The notes under the pieces: generated by a model
Told to the model about the DNA's origin: nothing
Seen by the model: only the letters and a program-made list of their open reading frames with translations
The model's database searches: none
Source of the DNA: an uncultured Candidatus Saccharibacteria bacterium
Lineage (GTDB): Bacteria; Patescibacteriota; Saccharimonadia; Saccharimonadales; EFPC-124
Length of the DNA stretch: 61,581 nt
Direction: 5' to 3'
Assembly (NCBI GenBank): GCA_964447105.1
Contig: CAYURH010000004.1
Location: forward strand, 1-61,581
In this document: piece after piece, positions 1 through 9,118 of the stretch
Layout of the letters: each line of letters begins with the position of its first letter
Position numbering within the stretch: position 1 is the stretch's first letter
Translations under genes and position numbers: made by a program

Positions 1-170
1 TGCCGCTCCTGGCCTGGGCTAACGAAGGGCTCTACCAGGCGTCTATCGTCGATGAACGCTTCCAGTTCTCCGACGTGTGCTACATCACTGTGGGCCTAAT
101 CGCCGCCGCAGCCGGCGTATACACGATCTGGCGCACAAGCTCGGACAAGGAGAACAAGGTCACCGCCTGA
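1..170 (+). CDS. 3' end of a GC-rich orphan membrane protein (partial)
   Basis: Open frame from nt 3 (PLLAWANEG...YITVGLIAAAAGVYTIWRTSSDKENKVTA*) to TGA 168-170, with a hydrophobic segment, followed by GC hairpin 182-214. Confidence 0.7.
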   Translation, partial: PLLAWANEGLYQASIVDERFQFSDVCYITVGLIAAAAGVYTIWRTSSDKENKVTA

Positions 171-181
171 CCCACCTACTA

Positions 182-214
182 CCACGCCGCCCCAAGTATC
201 TCGGGGCGGCGTGG
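182..214 (+). terminator. GC-rich hairpin without U-tract (cassette 3' element)
   Basis: ccacgccgcccc / ggggcggcgtgg, 12-bp perfect stem. Confidence 0.65.
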
Positions 215-232
215 CGCAAAATTGTCATTATA

Positions 233-1528
233 TTATATGGTGTTTCTGCCGCCCAAATAGCCGCGTAGTACTTCCGGCACCGTTACGCTACCATCAGCGT
301 TTTGGAAATTTTCGATGATAGCGATGAGTGGACGCTGCGAAAACACAGTAGCGTCGTTGGTATGCAGCAACTCTATCTGGCCGCCACTACGGCGCAGACG
401 AGTCTGCATGCGCCGCGCCTGATAATCCGTAATGTAGTCTGCAGTATGCGTTTCGCGGTATGCTTGCTGCCCCGGCAACCAGCTATCGATGTCCACACCA
501 GCGGCATTGGGCCCGCCGATGTCGGCAGTGCATTTTTGTAGCACGCGGTATGGCACACCCAGTTTGCTCATCAGATATTCCTGAATGGCAATCATAAATG
601 TATGTTCATCTAGGCCAGTTTCGGGCGTGGTGAAGCTTTCCATTTCTAACTTGTCGAACTGATGCAAGCGGAATATCCCTTCGGCGTCTTTGCCGTAGCT
701 GCCCGCTTCGCGGCGAAAGGCTGTGGTGTAACCTACCATGCGGATGGGTAGATCGGCTTCGTCTAAAATTTCACCCATGTACATTGGCGCCATGGTGTGT
801 TCGGCGCTGGCATTGAGCCACAGGTCGTCATCGGCCAGTTTGTAGGTTTGTTCTTCTTTATTGAGCCGTCCGGTGGCGTCGTAGACTTCGGTGCGGGCTA
901 CGGCGGGAGGCATGACGGGCGTAAAAGGTTTACTGCTGATGTTTAGGTTGTTGTCAGCAATAATTTGCTTTAGAATTTCTTCGTTCGTCAGTACATCCAT
1001 GCCAAATTGCACCAGCGCAAAGTGCAGGCGCACCAAATCGCCTTTGAGATACGCAAACCGTGCACCGGCTACTTTGGCGGCACGTTCTTTGTCGATCCAG
1101 CCGCGGGCCTGGGCAATATCCCAGTGGTTTTTGGGTTCGAAATCAAAATGTGGCGGTTCGCCTACCGTTTTGGCTACCACGTTTTCATCTTCGGACGCAC
1201 CTACTGGCACGTAGTCCAGCGGCATATTGGGGATTTTTTTGAGCGCACCAATAAATTCAGATTCAGCCTGAGCAAGCTTATCTTCAAGCCCAGCCAATTG
1301 TTCTTTGATGCCACGGCCTTTGGCAATTTGCTCGTCAGTGGGCTTGCCCTGCTTGAGCTGATCGGCCAGTTCATTGCGAGATTGACGGAGCGCGTCAACG
1401 TGGGTTTGCAGTTCGCGGCGTGTGTCATCGAGTTTAAGTAAGCCCGATACATCTACTCTGTAGCCTTTTTGTTGAGATTTTTGCTGGACGGCTTCGGGAT
1501 TTTCGCGGATGTATCGTATGTCTAACAT
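233..1528 (-). CDS. serS: Serine--tRNA ligase
   Basis: MLDIRYIREN start, N-terminal coiled coil, FRREAGSYGKD..GIFRLHQFDKLE motif 2; start placed 7 nt after TATAAT (1541-1536). Confidence 0.97.
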   Translation of the reverse strand: MLDIRYIRENPEAVQQKSQQKGYRVDVSGLLKLDDTRRELQTHVDALRQSRNELADQLKQGKPTDEQIAKGRGIKEQLAGLEDKLAQAESEFIGALKKIPNMPLDYVPVGASEDENVVAKTVGEPPHFDFEPKNHWDIAQARGWIDKERAAKVAGARFAYLKGDLVRLHFALVQFGMDVLTNEEILKQIIADNNLNISSKPFTPVMPPAVARTEVYDATGRLNKEEQTYKLADDDLWLNASAEHTMAPMYMGEILDEADLPIRMVGYTTAFRREAGSYGKDAEGIFRLHQFDKLEMESFTTPETGLDEHTFMIAIQEYLMSKLGVPYRVLQKCTADIGGPNAAGVDIDSWLPGQQAYRETHTADYITDYQARRMQTRLRRSGGQIELLHTNDATVFSQRPLIAIIENFQNADGSVTVPEVLRGYLGGRNTI

Positions 1529-1570
1529 GAAGCTCATTATAAGAGGTGCGGGCGCACGGCGCAACCAAAC

Positions 1571-1590
1571 AAAAAAGACCCGTTAGGGTC
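1571..1590 (-). terminator. Intrinsic terminator
   Basis: gaccc-taac-gggtc-tttttt on the minus strand. Confidence 0.6.
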
Positions 1591-1606
1591 AATGTAAATT
1601 TGCCGT

Positions 1607-1639
1607 GGCGGCGACGGTCCACATGGAACCGTCGCCGCC
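1607..1639 (-). terminator. GC-rich hairpin without U-tract (cassette 3' element)
   Basis: ggcggcgacggt / accgtcgccgcc, 12-bp stem 13 nt after the stop of 1653-2042. Confidence 0.65.
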
Positions 1640-1652
1640 TGCCGCCACGAGG

Positions 1653-2042
1653 CTAGCTGCGTGGCGCTGCACCGTTGCGCCATTCCCCTTCGATCACCGG
1701 CGGCTCATCAGTAGCCGTCGGCTTCGACAGAAGAAGTTCAAGATGATCAGCGCCTTCGGGCGACATGTCGCCAACTTGCTGCTCCCACACCTTGCGCACC
1801 ACACCCACCACGAGCATCACGACGGCCAGGTAGGCTGGCGCGTTGATGACTACGTCGGAGCACATTCGCAAGGCGTTGTCGGCCAGGCTGTAGGTGATGA
1901 ACAGCCCACAGGTCGCGAAGGCCGATCCGACCATTAGCGCGCCCCCAAGGTTGTAGGCCCTGTAGGCGTGCTTGATTGCTATGGGTGCAACAACCATCGT
2001 GATGATTCCCATCACGAAGAATACTATCTGCGTCCCAGTCAC
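1653..2042 (-). CDS. Orphan membrane protein (~3 TM), GC-rich cassette gene
   Basis: GTG start with SD ggagga, three hydrophobic segments, TTC/AAG-type codons. Confidence 0.75.
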   Translation of the reverse strand: MTGTQIVFFVMGIITMVVAPIAIKHAYRAYNLGGALMVGSAFATCGLFITYSLADNALRMCSDVVINAPAYLAVVMLVVGVVRKVWEQQVGDMSPEGADHLELLLSKPTATDEPPVIEGEWRNGAAPRS

Positions 2043-2093
2043 AATATTCCTCCACTCGCAATTGGTGTAAGGATTATTATATAATTTTAATAA

Positions 2094-2582
2094 CTATTTT
2101 GCAATAGGCGCATACGGAATGTGGCATGCCCCGATCCCTGTTTTTTGAAAGAATTTTTGGTGATATTCTTCAGCTACATAAAACTCGCCCAGTTTGGTAA
2201 TTTCGGTAACAATGGGTTTGTCAAAGTCTTTTTGCACCATGGTTTTTACTTCTTCAGCGGCCTTTTTCTGTGCATCATCGACGTAAAAAATGGCTGATCG
2301 ATAATTATCCCCCACGTCTGGCCCCTGGCGGTTCATCTGCGTAGGATCGTGCATGCGAAAAAACTGGCGCACCATGTCGCGATAACTAATTTTGCTCGGG
2401 TCAAATTCTATTTGAGTGGCTTCGGCGTGACCCGTGGTGTGCGTGCACACATCTTCATAGGTTGGGTTTGGCGTGTGGCCGCCGGTGTAGCCTACAGTTG
2501 TTGCAAGCACGCCGGGCACTTCATCGAAATACGCCTGCACTCCCCAGAAACAGCCAGCGGCAAAAATAGCAGTTTGGCTCAT
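2094..2582 (-). CDS. msrA: Peptide-methionine (S)-S-oxide reductase
   Basis: AAGCFWGV active site, GHAEA, AEEYHQ motifs. Confidence 0.97.
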   Translation of the reverse strand: MSQTAIFAAGCFWGVQAYFDEVPGVLATTVGYTGGHTPNPTYEDVCTHTTGHAEATQIEFDPSKISYRDMVRQFFRMHDPTQMNRQGPDVGDNYRSAIFYVDDAQKKAAEEVKTMVQKDFDKPIVTEITKLGEFYVAEEYHQKFFQKTGIGACHIPYAPIAK

Positions 2583-3784
2583 CGAGTCAGCCTTTCGAGC
2601 GCCAACGCAAATGCAGCGCGCTTGAGACTGATGTGTTTGATTTGGGCCTGCATAATCATAGAATTGGTCGCGCGCATGAGAATCATATCTAACATGTTAT
2701 TCACTTCTTTTTCAGACCAGTGCTCACCGCGCAGGTTTTGCTGCCACTCAAAGCACGACACAATGACACCGCCAGCGTTGGCCACAATGTCGGGCAATAC
2801 TGTCACGCCTTTTTTATCCAGATAGGCTTCAGCTTCTTGGGTAATGGGGCCGTTGGCCAGCTCGACAATCATGCGCGCCCGCACTTCATGCATATTTTGG
2901 TCTGTCACCGCATCTTCGAGTGCAGCCAGCACTAGCACGTCGGCCTGCACGCCAACTATATCGGTGCTGGGGAGTGGTTTTACGTCTTTTAGGTCGGCCA
3001 GATCTTCGGGGCGGGGCTCGCCTGAAGCAGCGTGTTTGCTTACATCAATACCGTCTGGTTTGTGCCAGGTGTGTTTGCTGTTGGCGACGGCTACGAGTTT
3101 GAGCTGTGGATACTCGCGAAGTGTGTTGGCAAAATGATACCCCACATTTCCAAAACCCTGCAGCGCAATAGTGAGTGGTTGGTCGGCCATTTTGTTGTGC
3201 TTGAGGAGCTGCAGCAGCGCAATCACACCGCCGCGACCGGTGGCTGCGTTGCGGCCCTCGCTACCGCCCTGCCCCACTGGCTTGCCGGTAAACGCCGCTG
3301 CGTCGCGCTGACCTTTCACTCGGGCCAGTTCGTCGGTCATCCAGTCCATAATCTGGGCGTTGGTGTTGACGTCGGGCGCAGGCACGTCTCGGTCGGAACC
3401 AATGTGTGGCGCCAACTGCCGCGCGTAATCACGTGATAATTCTTCGAGCTCGGCCTGGCTGAGTGTGGCTGGGTCTACGATAACCCCACCTTTGCCACCG
3501 CCCAGCGGCAAGCCCACGGCTGCGCATTTAAACGTCATAAGCGTGGCCAAGGCCCGCACTTCATCTAGGCTGACATTGCGGTGAAACCGGATACCACCTT
3601 TGTATGGCCCCAACGTGTTTTTGTGCTGCACACGGTAGGCGGGAAATTTTTTGCCACCGGCCGTGACTTCAAACATATGCTCGTAATCGGGCACTAATAA
3701 TTCTTGCGCCTTGGCTTCACTAATGTCGGCGTCTTGGGCGGCTTGGCGGATGGCAGCCTGTGCAGTGGCGAGCATGCTATTCAT
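2579..3784 (-). CDS. gdhA: Glu/Leu/Phe/Val dehydrogenase (glutamate dehydrogenase)
   Basis: GPYKGGIRF, LPLGGGKGG, DVPAPDVNT, QGFGNVG, ELANGP, PDIVANAGGV. Confidence 0.93.
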   Translation of the reverse strand: MNSMLATAQAAIRQAAQDADISEAKAQELLVPDYEHMFEVTAGGKKFPAYRVQHKNTLGPYKGGIRFHRNVSLDEVRALATLMTFKCAAVGLPLGGGKGGVIVDPATLSQAELEELSRDYARQLAPHIGSDRDVPAPDVNTNAQIMDWMTDELARVKGQRDAAAFTGKPVGQGGSEGRNAATGRGGVIALLQLLKHNKMADQPLTIALQGFGNVGYHFANTLREYPQLKLVAVANSKHTWHKPDGIDVSKHAASGEPRPEDLADLKDVKPLPSTDIVGVQADVLVLAALEDAVTDQNMHEVRARMIVELANGPITQEAEAYLDKKGVTVLPDIVANAGGVIVSCFEWQQNLRGEHWSEKEVNNMLDMILMRATNSMIMQAQIKHISLKRAAFALALERLTR

Positions 3785-3953
3785 ATTTCCCTCGGTTTTA
3801 AGCTCTCATTATTATACTCCCAGCCGCGTTTTTGCGCCCGTCTTGCCCAGTATGATATACTGCCGGCGGTAGGTCACGCGCAAGTGACTTAAGCAAAACA
3901 ATTTCACAACAACTCAATAGTTGGACAAGCCCCTAGCAGGAAGGAAGTGCACG

Positions 3954-4982
3954 ATGCGACTCTTGCGTCGTGTGGGGTTGGTTGCCGCCAGCCTCACCCT
4001 GGTCTTTGGTGGCCAGGTAGCCATGGCCCCGCCGGCCCAAGCCGGTACCGGGCTGTACTACCACGTCATCGACGCGGATACCGACCCCTATTCGGGGATC
4101 TACCTCCGCAACGACCCCAATGACTTCAACAACGCCACGCGGATCACTTCGCGGTACGTGCTGTACGGCACGAGCGTCGAACTGGTCTGCGGCACGTGGG
4201 GCCAGGCCATCGGCCCGTACGCCAACCGGCGCTGGCACCAGATCTACGTCCCCAGCGGCTACGCCGCCGGTCAGACCGGATGGATGCCGGATCGGTACAT
4301 GGATACGCCCAACGCGGCCAACCAGTACACGCCGGGTGAGCCGGAGTGTGTGGCGCCTACGTACAACGGATCCGTGTACTTCAGCTCTACGGATTACGAG
4401 GGCTCGCCGGCCACGGCGCACCGGGCCTACAACCTGTGGACATCGTCGACGCGCTGCGTTCCGGGTGCCGGCGCCAACGACTTCCCGTCGTGGGTGTCGT
4501 GGCAGAACAAGTACATCAAGACTGCGAGCGGATTCAGTATCGGCCGCCTCGGTCCGGTGTACATGCTGGAGCAAGCTCAGGGCAACCCCGGTGGGGGACG
4601 CTGGCAGGAGATCACCTACATCCTGCTGTTCGACCCGGGCAATTACGACGACCTCTTCGTGGACAGCTGCGACACCAGCAACAACCGTGGTCAGCTGTTC
4701 ACCAAGTGGCTCAACGCCAACCCGAACGCTCACCTGGTGATCCTGGCCGGCGCTCGAACGGCCGAGGGTGGCCACAAGGGCATCCAGAAGCTGTACTTCG
4801 ACTACCTGCGCAGCAATGGCGTACAGGGTGCGCGTGATCGTGTGCTGGTGTGCAACTACGACGGTATGGGGCACCGCGCCGTCTACGACAACTACAAGGA
4901 CGCCATGAACAACCCGCCACCGGCCGGACCGCTCACCGCGGCCATCTGCCCCGGCACCGAAAGCTGGGCCTGGCACCCCTAA
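3954..4982 (+). CDS. Secreted protein: signal peptide, SH3b-like domain and probable alpha/beta serine hydrolase; GC-rich cassette gene
   Basis: SD aggaagga before ATG 3954; signal MRLLRRVGLVAASLTLVFGGQVAMAPPAQA; GxSxG elbow (GFSIG); very high GC at third codon positions. Confidence 0.8.
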   Translation: MRLLRRVGLVAASLTLVFGGQVAMAPPAQAGTGLYYHVIDADTDPYSGIYLRNDPNDFNNATRITSRYVLYGTSVELVCGTWGQAIGPYANRRWHQIYVPSGYAAGQTGWMPDRYMDTPNAANQYTPGEPECVAPTYNGSVYFSSTDYEGSPATAHRAYNLWTSSTRCVPGAGANDFPSWVSWQNKYIKTASGFSIGRLGPVYMLEQAQGNPGGGRWQEITYILLFDPGNYDDLFVDSCDTSNNRGQLFTKWLNANPNAHLVILAGARTAEGGHKGIQKLYFDYLRSNGVQGARDRVLVCNYDGMGHRAVYDNYKDAMNNPPPAGPLTAAICPGTESWAWHP

Positions 4983-5003
4983 CAGCCGCCCGTGACCTAC
5001 CGA

Positions 5004-5047
5004 GCGCGACGCCGCAACCCTGTACATCGGGGTTGCGGCGTCCGCGC
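5004..5047 (+). terminator. GC-rich hairpin without U-tract (cassette 3' element)
   Basis: gacgccgcaaccc / gggttgcggcgtc, 13-bp stem, extendable. Confidence 0.65.
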
Positions 5048-5078
5048 CGCACAAACTGAACTTATTTTGGCAGAGCGA

Positions 5079-6782
5079 CTACCAGCCGCCGCCTCCCCCG
5101 CCTCCGCCACCACCACCGGCGCCGCCGCTGAAGCCGCTGCCCGATGAACTGCTGGGCGGGTTGAACGTAACTGAACTCGCACTCACGAAATGCCCCAAAC
5201 CATATGGACCGTAATAATCCCCTACATACCAGTCCGGCGGTTGTTCATACAGATCGGCAAATTGTTTCATCCACTGCTTTTCTATGCCAAACAATATGGC
5301 GTACGGCAGCAATCGCTCATATAGTTTGATCAGCTGGCCTTTGTTGGCCACATCTATTTTTTCGGTCAATTCGCCATGCGGGCTCTGCAATAGCTTAATG
5401 CGATCCGCTTCGGCGAGTTTCATGTAATCCCTCATGCCCAGCAAGTAATTACGCAGCTCTACGCCTTTAGCTGTGCGCGCCGGCATAACCCACGCGCCGA
5501 TAAACAATAGAGCGCCGGCAGCACTCACCCCCAAACTTATTGGCGGCGCAAAAAACCCAACGACAAACAAAATACCGCCAAAAATCTGCCATGGCTGCCG
5601 TGCTTTGTTGGGGTCAGCCGCAAAATATCCGGCTTTGGTCACACGCTTGCCCACCGCTTGGCCCAAACTTTCTGATTTGCTCCCCAGCGTTTGGCGCAGC
5701 GGCTCCATATCTACGATTGCACCCACCGGCCGCTCACCAAATAGCATCACCAGCACGGCGCGATCGTCGACATTGAGGCCTTTGGGTTCTTTGACAAGCT
5801 CTAGCCGATACGATTTTTTGTCTTCGTAAATTTTGATGTAATGTCGTACGGCCAGATCTACAATGGTGGCTGACACGGCTTTGGATTCAAACTTTTCAGC
5901 AAGCACTGCGTTGCTCGCCAGCACCGACACGCCCGCAGGTGGTAGATATTCCGGTACGATCGCGTGACGGGCGGGCGCGTCACGGCCTTTGCGTCGCCAC
6001 CCAATCAGCACCACTACGCCCGCCAAAACCACCGGCGCAGCAACCGCCAACCCCATCAACACCCAATGCATTATTTGCCCAGCACTTGGCTGATACCCTG
6101 CAAACGTCCCCGGCGCAAAAGCTAACACCACGGTCAATGTCTGACTCGCGTTCAGGCTATGCGTCGTGACGGTCGTCACGGTGTCATGGCCGTCATCGGT
6201 GATAGTACAGCTGGATTGTACCGAGCCAAAAAAGCCGCTATAGCATGTCCGATGCCCATTGAGCTGTTGGAACAGATCGTTCGGCATATGTACACGGGCG
6301 GTTACTTGTTCAAAAGTCTGCGACCACTGATCACCGTTGATATCCCAATACAATTCGTCATGGTCACCCAGCGGCTGCACAACGCCGCGCAAAGTGTAGC
6401 CAATGTTGTATTGTTGCACACCATGCACATAGGTGTCGGCGTCGCCGATTTTGAGCACTAAATTATCGTTTTCGGTGTACGATTCGTAGTGCAATTTTTT
6501 GCCTACAGCGTCGGTGACAGCCAGCACCGTTACTTCGAGCGAATGGTTTTGATAGCTTTTGGGGATAGCGCGCAATATGCCGTGGTTTTGGTTAAAGTCT
6601 GGAAATTCAGCCACGATACGCTCGTCGACTTTCATTTCCGACACGCGGTTGGCGTCGCGCGATAGATAATAATCGGCATCAAAAGCATGGATGACAAAAT
6701 CTTGCGTACTCGCCTGCGCTGGCCGCGCACCTACGAATAGTACCAGCAGCAATAGTGGGATGAGTTTGAACAGCCTCATCAC
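5079..6782 (-). CDS. DUF2207-family membrane protein
   Basis: Signal peptide, HGILRAIP, DELYWDING, ERLLPYAILFGIEKQW and terminal GGGGGGGGGGW. Confidence 0.9.
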   Translation of the reverse strand: MMRLFKLIPLLLLVLFVGARPAQASTQDFVIHAFDADYYLSRDANRVSEMKVDERIVAEFPDFNQNHGILRAIPKSYQNHSLEVTVLAVTDAVGKKLHYESYTENDNLVLKIGDADTYVHGVQQYNIGYTLRGVVQPLGDHDELYWDINGDQWSQTFEQVTARVHMPNDLFQQLNGHRTCYSGFFGSVQSSCTITDDGHDTVTTVTTHSLNASQTLTVVLAFAPGTFAGYQPSAGQIMHWVLMGLAVAAPVVLAGVVVLIGWRRKGRDAPARHAIVPEYLPPAGVSVLASNAVLAEKFESKAVSATIVDLAVRHYIKIYEDKKSYRLELVKEPKGLNVDDRAVLVMLFGERPVGAIVDMEPLRQTLGSKSESLGQAVGKRVTKAGYFAADPNKARQPWQIFGGILFVVGFFAPPISLGVSAAGALLFIGAWVMPARTAKGVELRNYLLGMRDYMKLAEADRIKLLQSPHGELTEKIDVANKGQLIKLYERLLPYAILFGIEKQWMKQFADLYEQPPDWYVGDYYGPYGLGHFVSASSVTFNPPSSSSGSGFSGGAGGGGGGGGGGGW

Positions 6783-7579
6783 GCCGCCTCAATATCTCGT
6801 CGTTGATACACTACCAGCCCAACCAAACCAAACACTACCGGCGCAGCCGCCAAAACTACAACATGCCACCAATCTACTCCGCCCACCACTGGTTGCGGAT
6901 TGTTGAAATAATAGTACAGCGTAAATTTATAAACATCTTGCAACCAATCCACCGATGACGCAAACCACGCCAGGAAAATATTATACACAGCAAACAGCGA
7001 CACCAGCCCCACGGTCAACGATTTGCGCCCCGTGGCAAAGCCCACCATAAACCCAAATGCCGCTACTCCAAACGACAATAACCACAACAGCGTTGTAGCG
7101 TACAGCAGATCGCCCGCATCGATGGTGCCTTTGTTGATTAGTGCCGCGCCAATCAACACGCCGGGTACCGCCGCAAACGTGACCAACCCAGTGATTAACC
7201 CCAGAGACAACCATTTAGCGATCACCACACTACGCCGCGCAATCGGCAGGCTTTGCAATGTCTTAAGCGTGCCAGATTCTTCTTCGCTCACGGTCAAGCC
7301 AACGGCCATCACCACTGCCAATACAATAGTGAGAAGCGGCAAGCGGATATCGTACAATTGCGCGCCTACGTAGTTGGGCAGTTTGCGAAATGTGTCGCTG
7401 TCGCCTAGTAAACCCTGAAACTGTTGGGGTAGGTTTTTGAAAATTTCGTCAAACGCTTTGGTCTCGCTAAACGTAGGGAAAAAACTGAGCGTAAATATAC
7501 ACAGCAGCCCCATGCCCAGCATCCAGCCTAGTATTACCCAGCGTTTGTCGCGAAGCGTTTTCTTGAGTAGCGGCAGCAT
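6779..7579 (-). CDS. ABC-2 type transporter permease
   Basis: About 6 TM segments, EEESGTLKTLQSLPIARR motif, directly downstream of an ABC ATPase. Confidence 0.9.
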   Translation of the reverse strand: MLPLLKKTLRDKRWVILGWMLGMGLLCIFTLSFFPTFSETKAFDEIFKNLPQQFQGLLGDSDTFRKLPNYVGAQLYDIRLPLLTIVLAVVMAVGLTVSEEESGTLKTLQSLPIARRSVVIAKWLSLGLITGLVTFAAVPGVLIGAALINKGTIDAGDLLYATTLLWLLSFGVAAFGFMVGFATGRKSLTVGLVSLFAVYNIFLAWFASSVDWLQDVYKFTLYYYFNNPQPVVGGVDWWHVVVLAAAPVVFGLVGLVVYQRRDIEAA

Positions 7580-8475
7580 TATTTTTCTCCCCCACCTTCG
7601 TAGTAGCGCATGAATATTTCTTCGAGCTCGGGCGGCGCCACGGTGATGTCTTGGATTTTTTGCAGCGGCATGGCCGCGAGCACATGGGCTGGATTACCGG
7701 TGACTTCGAAGTGCGCGTGATGATCATCAACGCGAAATCCCTGCACGCCTTTGATTTTGGCAATGGTTTGCAGCACCGTAGGTGCAGCCGACACCACGAC
7801 GCGCTTGTTGATACGTCCCATCACCTCGCGCAAATTGCCTACAGCGATAATTTTGCCTTCTTTGATAAACGCTACGCGGTCGCACAGCGTCTGCACCTCG
7901 CTAAGCACGTGCGACGATATAAATACTGTGCCGCCAGCATTGCGATAGTCGATCATCAGTTCATTGAACTGCTTTTGGATCAAGGGGTCTAGACCACTGG
8001 TGGGCTCATCGAGTATCAACAATTTGGTTGGGCGTACCAGCGCCGCTACCAAGCCGATTTTTTGGCGGTTGCCACGCGAAAGAGTATGAATTTTGCGCCC
8101 CAGCGCCGCGTCGAGTCGCTCGGCTAGTTCGCGCGCTCGATCCATAGATACGCCGCCCGCAATATCGCCCACCAAGCGCAGGTATTGCCAGCCCGTCAGA
8201 TTGCCATATAGCTCCATGTCGCCATACAGATAGCCAATGTTACGTCGCACTTCGGGCATGTCGCCGTGCAGCCGTTGACCGAGCACCCACACTTCCCCGT
8301 CAGTCGGCCAGATAATATTGAGGAGCATGTTGATAGTCGTCGTCTTGCCCGCGCCATCGGGGCCCAAAAATCCAAAAATCTCGCCATGGTTCACCACCAA
8401 GTCGACTTTGCTAATACCCCTACTCTGTCCGTAAAATTTGGTCAATTTCTTGAGCCGGATCGCCGCTTCTGCCAC
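7579..8475 (-). CDS. ABC transporter ATP-binding protein
   Basis: Walker A GPDGAGKT, signature LSRGNRQK, Walker B LILDEP, H-loop SSH. Confidence 0.95.
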   Translation of the reverse strand: MAEAAIRLKKLTKFYGQSRGISKVDLVVNHGEIFGFLGPDGAGKTTTINMLLNIIWPTDGEVWVLGQRLHGDMPEVRRNIGYLYGDMELYGNLTGWQYLRLVGDIAGGVSMDRARELAERLDAALGRKIHTLSRGNRQKIGLVAALVRPTKLLILDEPTSGLDPLIQKQFNELMIDYRNAGGTVFISSHVLSEVQTLCDRVAFIKEGKIIAVGNLREVMGRINKRVVVSAAPTVLQTIAKIKGVQGFRVDDHHAHFEVTGNPAHVLAAMPLQKIQDITVAPPELEEIFMRYYEGGGEK

Positions 8476-8579
8476 TTCATTGCTCCCTTTTGCTTCAGTA
8501 TACGCATAAAAGGCTTGCGCTGGAAATAGCTTATGCTATATATTCATACTATTAACAAAAACAAAAAGGGGTGCTTACT

Positions 8580-8699
8580 ATGAAAGAAATTTCAGAGCTA
8601 TTGCCGCTGGTGGTGATCACGGCAATTTTGGCGTTTAGCGCCGTTGCTGGATGGCGTCTCAAATCGGGCGAAATCCACTGGAACGACTACCTACAATAG
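8580..8699 (+). CDS. 39-aa single-TM small protein (not in ORF track)
   Basis: MKEISELLPLVVITAILAFSAVAGWRLKSGEIHWNDYLQ*; aagggg SD-like site and AT-rich promoter upstream; fills the intergenic gap. Confidence 0.65.
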   Translation: MKEISELLPLVVITAILAFSAVAGWRLKSGEIHWNDYLQ

Positions 8700-8724
8700 G
8701 TCAAAACAAACAAAGACACCCTCG

Positions 8725-9102
8725 CTACTCTTGCGGGGGTGTTTTGCGTTTTCCAAGGTGCTGCATAAATTCTGGACCATCCGACTGAGCTACAGCATGC
8801 TTGGCGATCAACTGTAGCGCACCCAACATTGCACCCACACCCAAGAACAAATAAAACACCGTAAACAGCCGGCCAATGTCGGTGTGCGGCATCAGGTCAC
8901 CTGTGCCTACCGTGGTAAGCGTGAGTACGCAGTAATAAAACGCGCGTACAAAGTCCCAATGCTCAATTTCTATAAAAAATATCGTGCCACTAGCCAGAAT
9001 AATCAGTACAAAAAATATCAGTGCTTTGGCGGCGGTATCGTTTTTGAGCGTGCGCCAAAACGCAGCAGTCACTCGAGCAATCACGATAAAAAATTCAATC
9101 AT
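8725..9102 (-). CDS. Two-TM potassium-channel-family protein (Ion_trans_2)
   Basis: AFYYCVLTLTTVGTGDLMPHTDIGRLF pore loop between two TM helices. Confidence 0.9.
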   Translation of the reverse strand: MIEFFIVIARVTAAFWRTLKNDTAAKALIFFVLIILASGTIFFIEIEHWDFVRAFYYCVLTLTTVGTGDLMPHTDIGRLFTVFYLFLGVGAMLGALQLIAKHAVAQSDGPEFMQHLGKRKTPPQE

Positions 9103-9118
9103 GGGTTTAGTATACCGC

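Noticed and set aside
3933-5054. 373-aa antisense ORF and other frames over 3954-4982
   Set aside because: Shadow ORFs expected from high GC3; the plus-strand ORF has the SD, signal peptide and motifs
5079-5140. ccgccg/ccacc repeat tract
   Set aside because: Encodes the normal Gly-rich C-terminus of DUF2207 proteins
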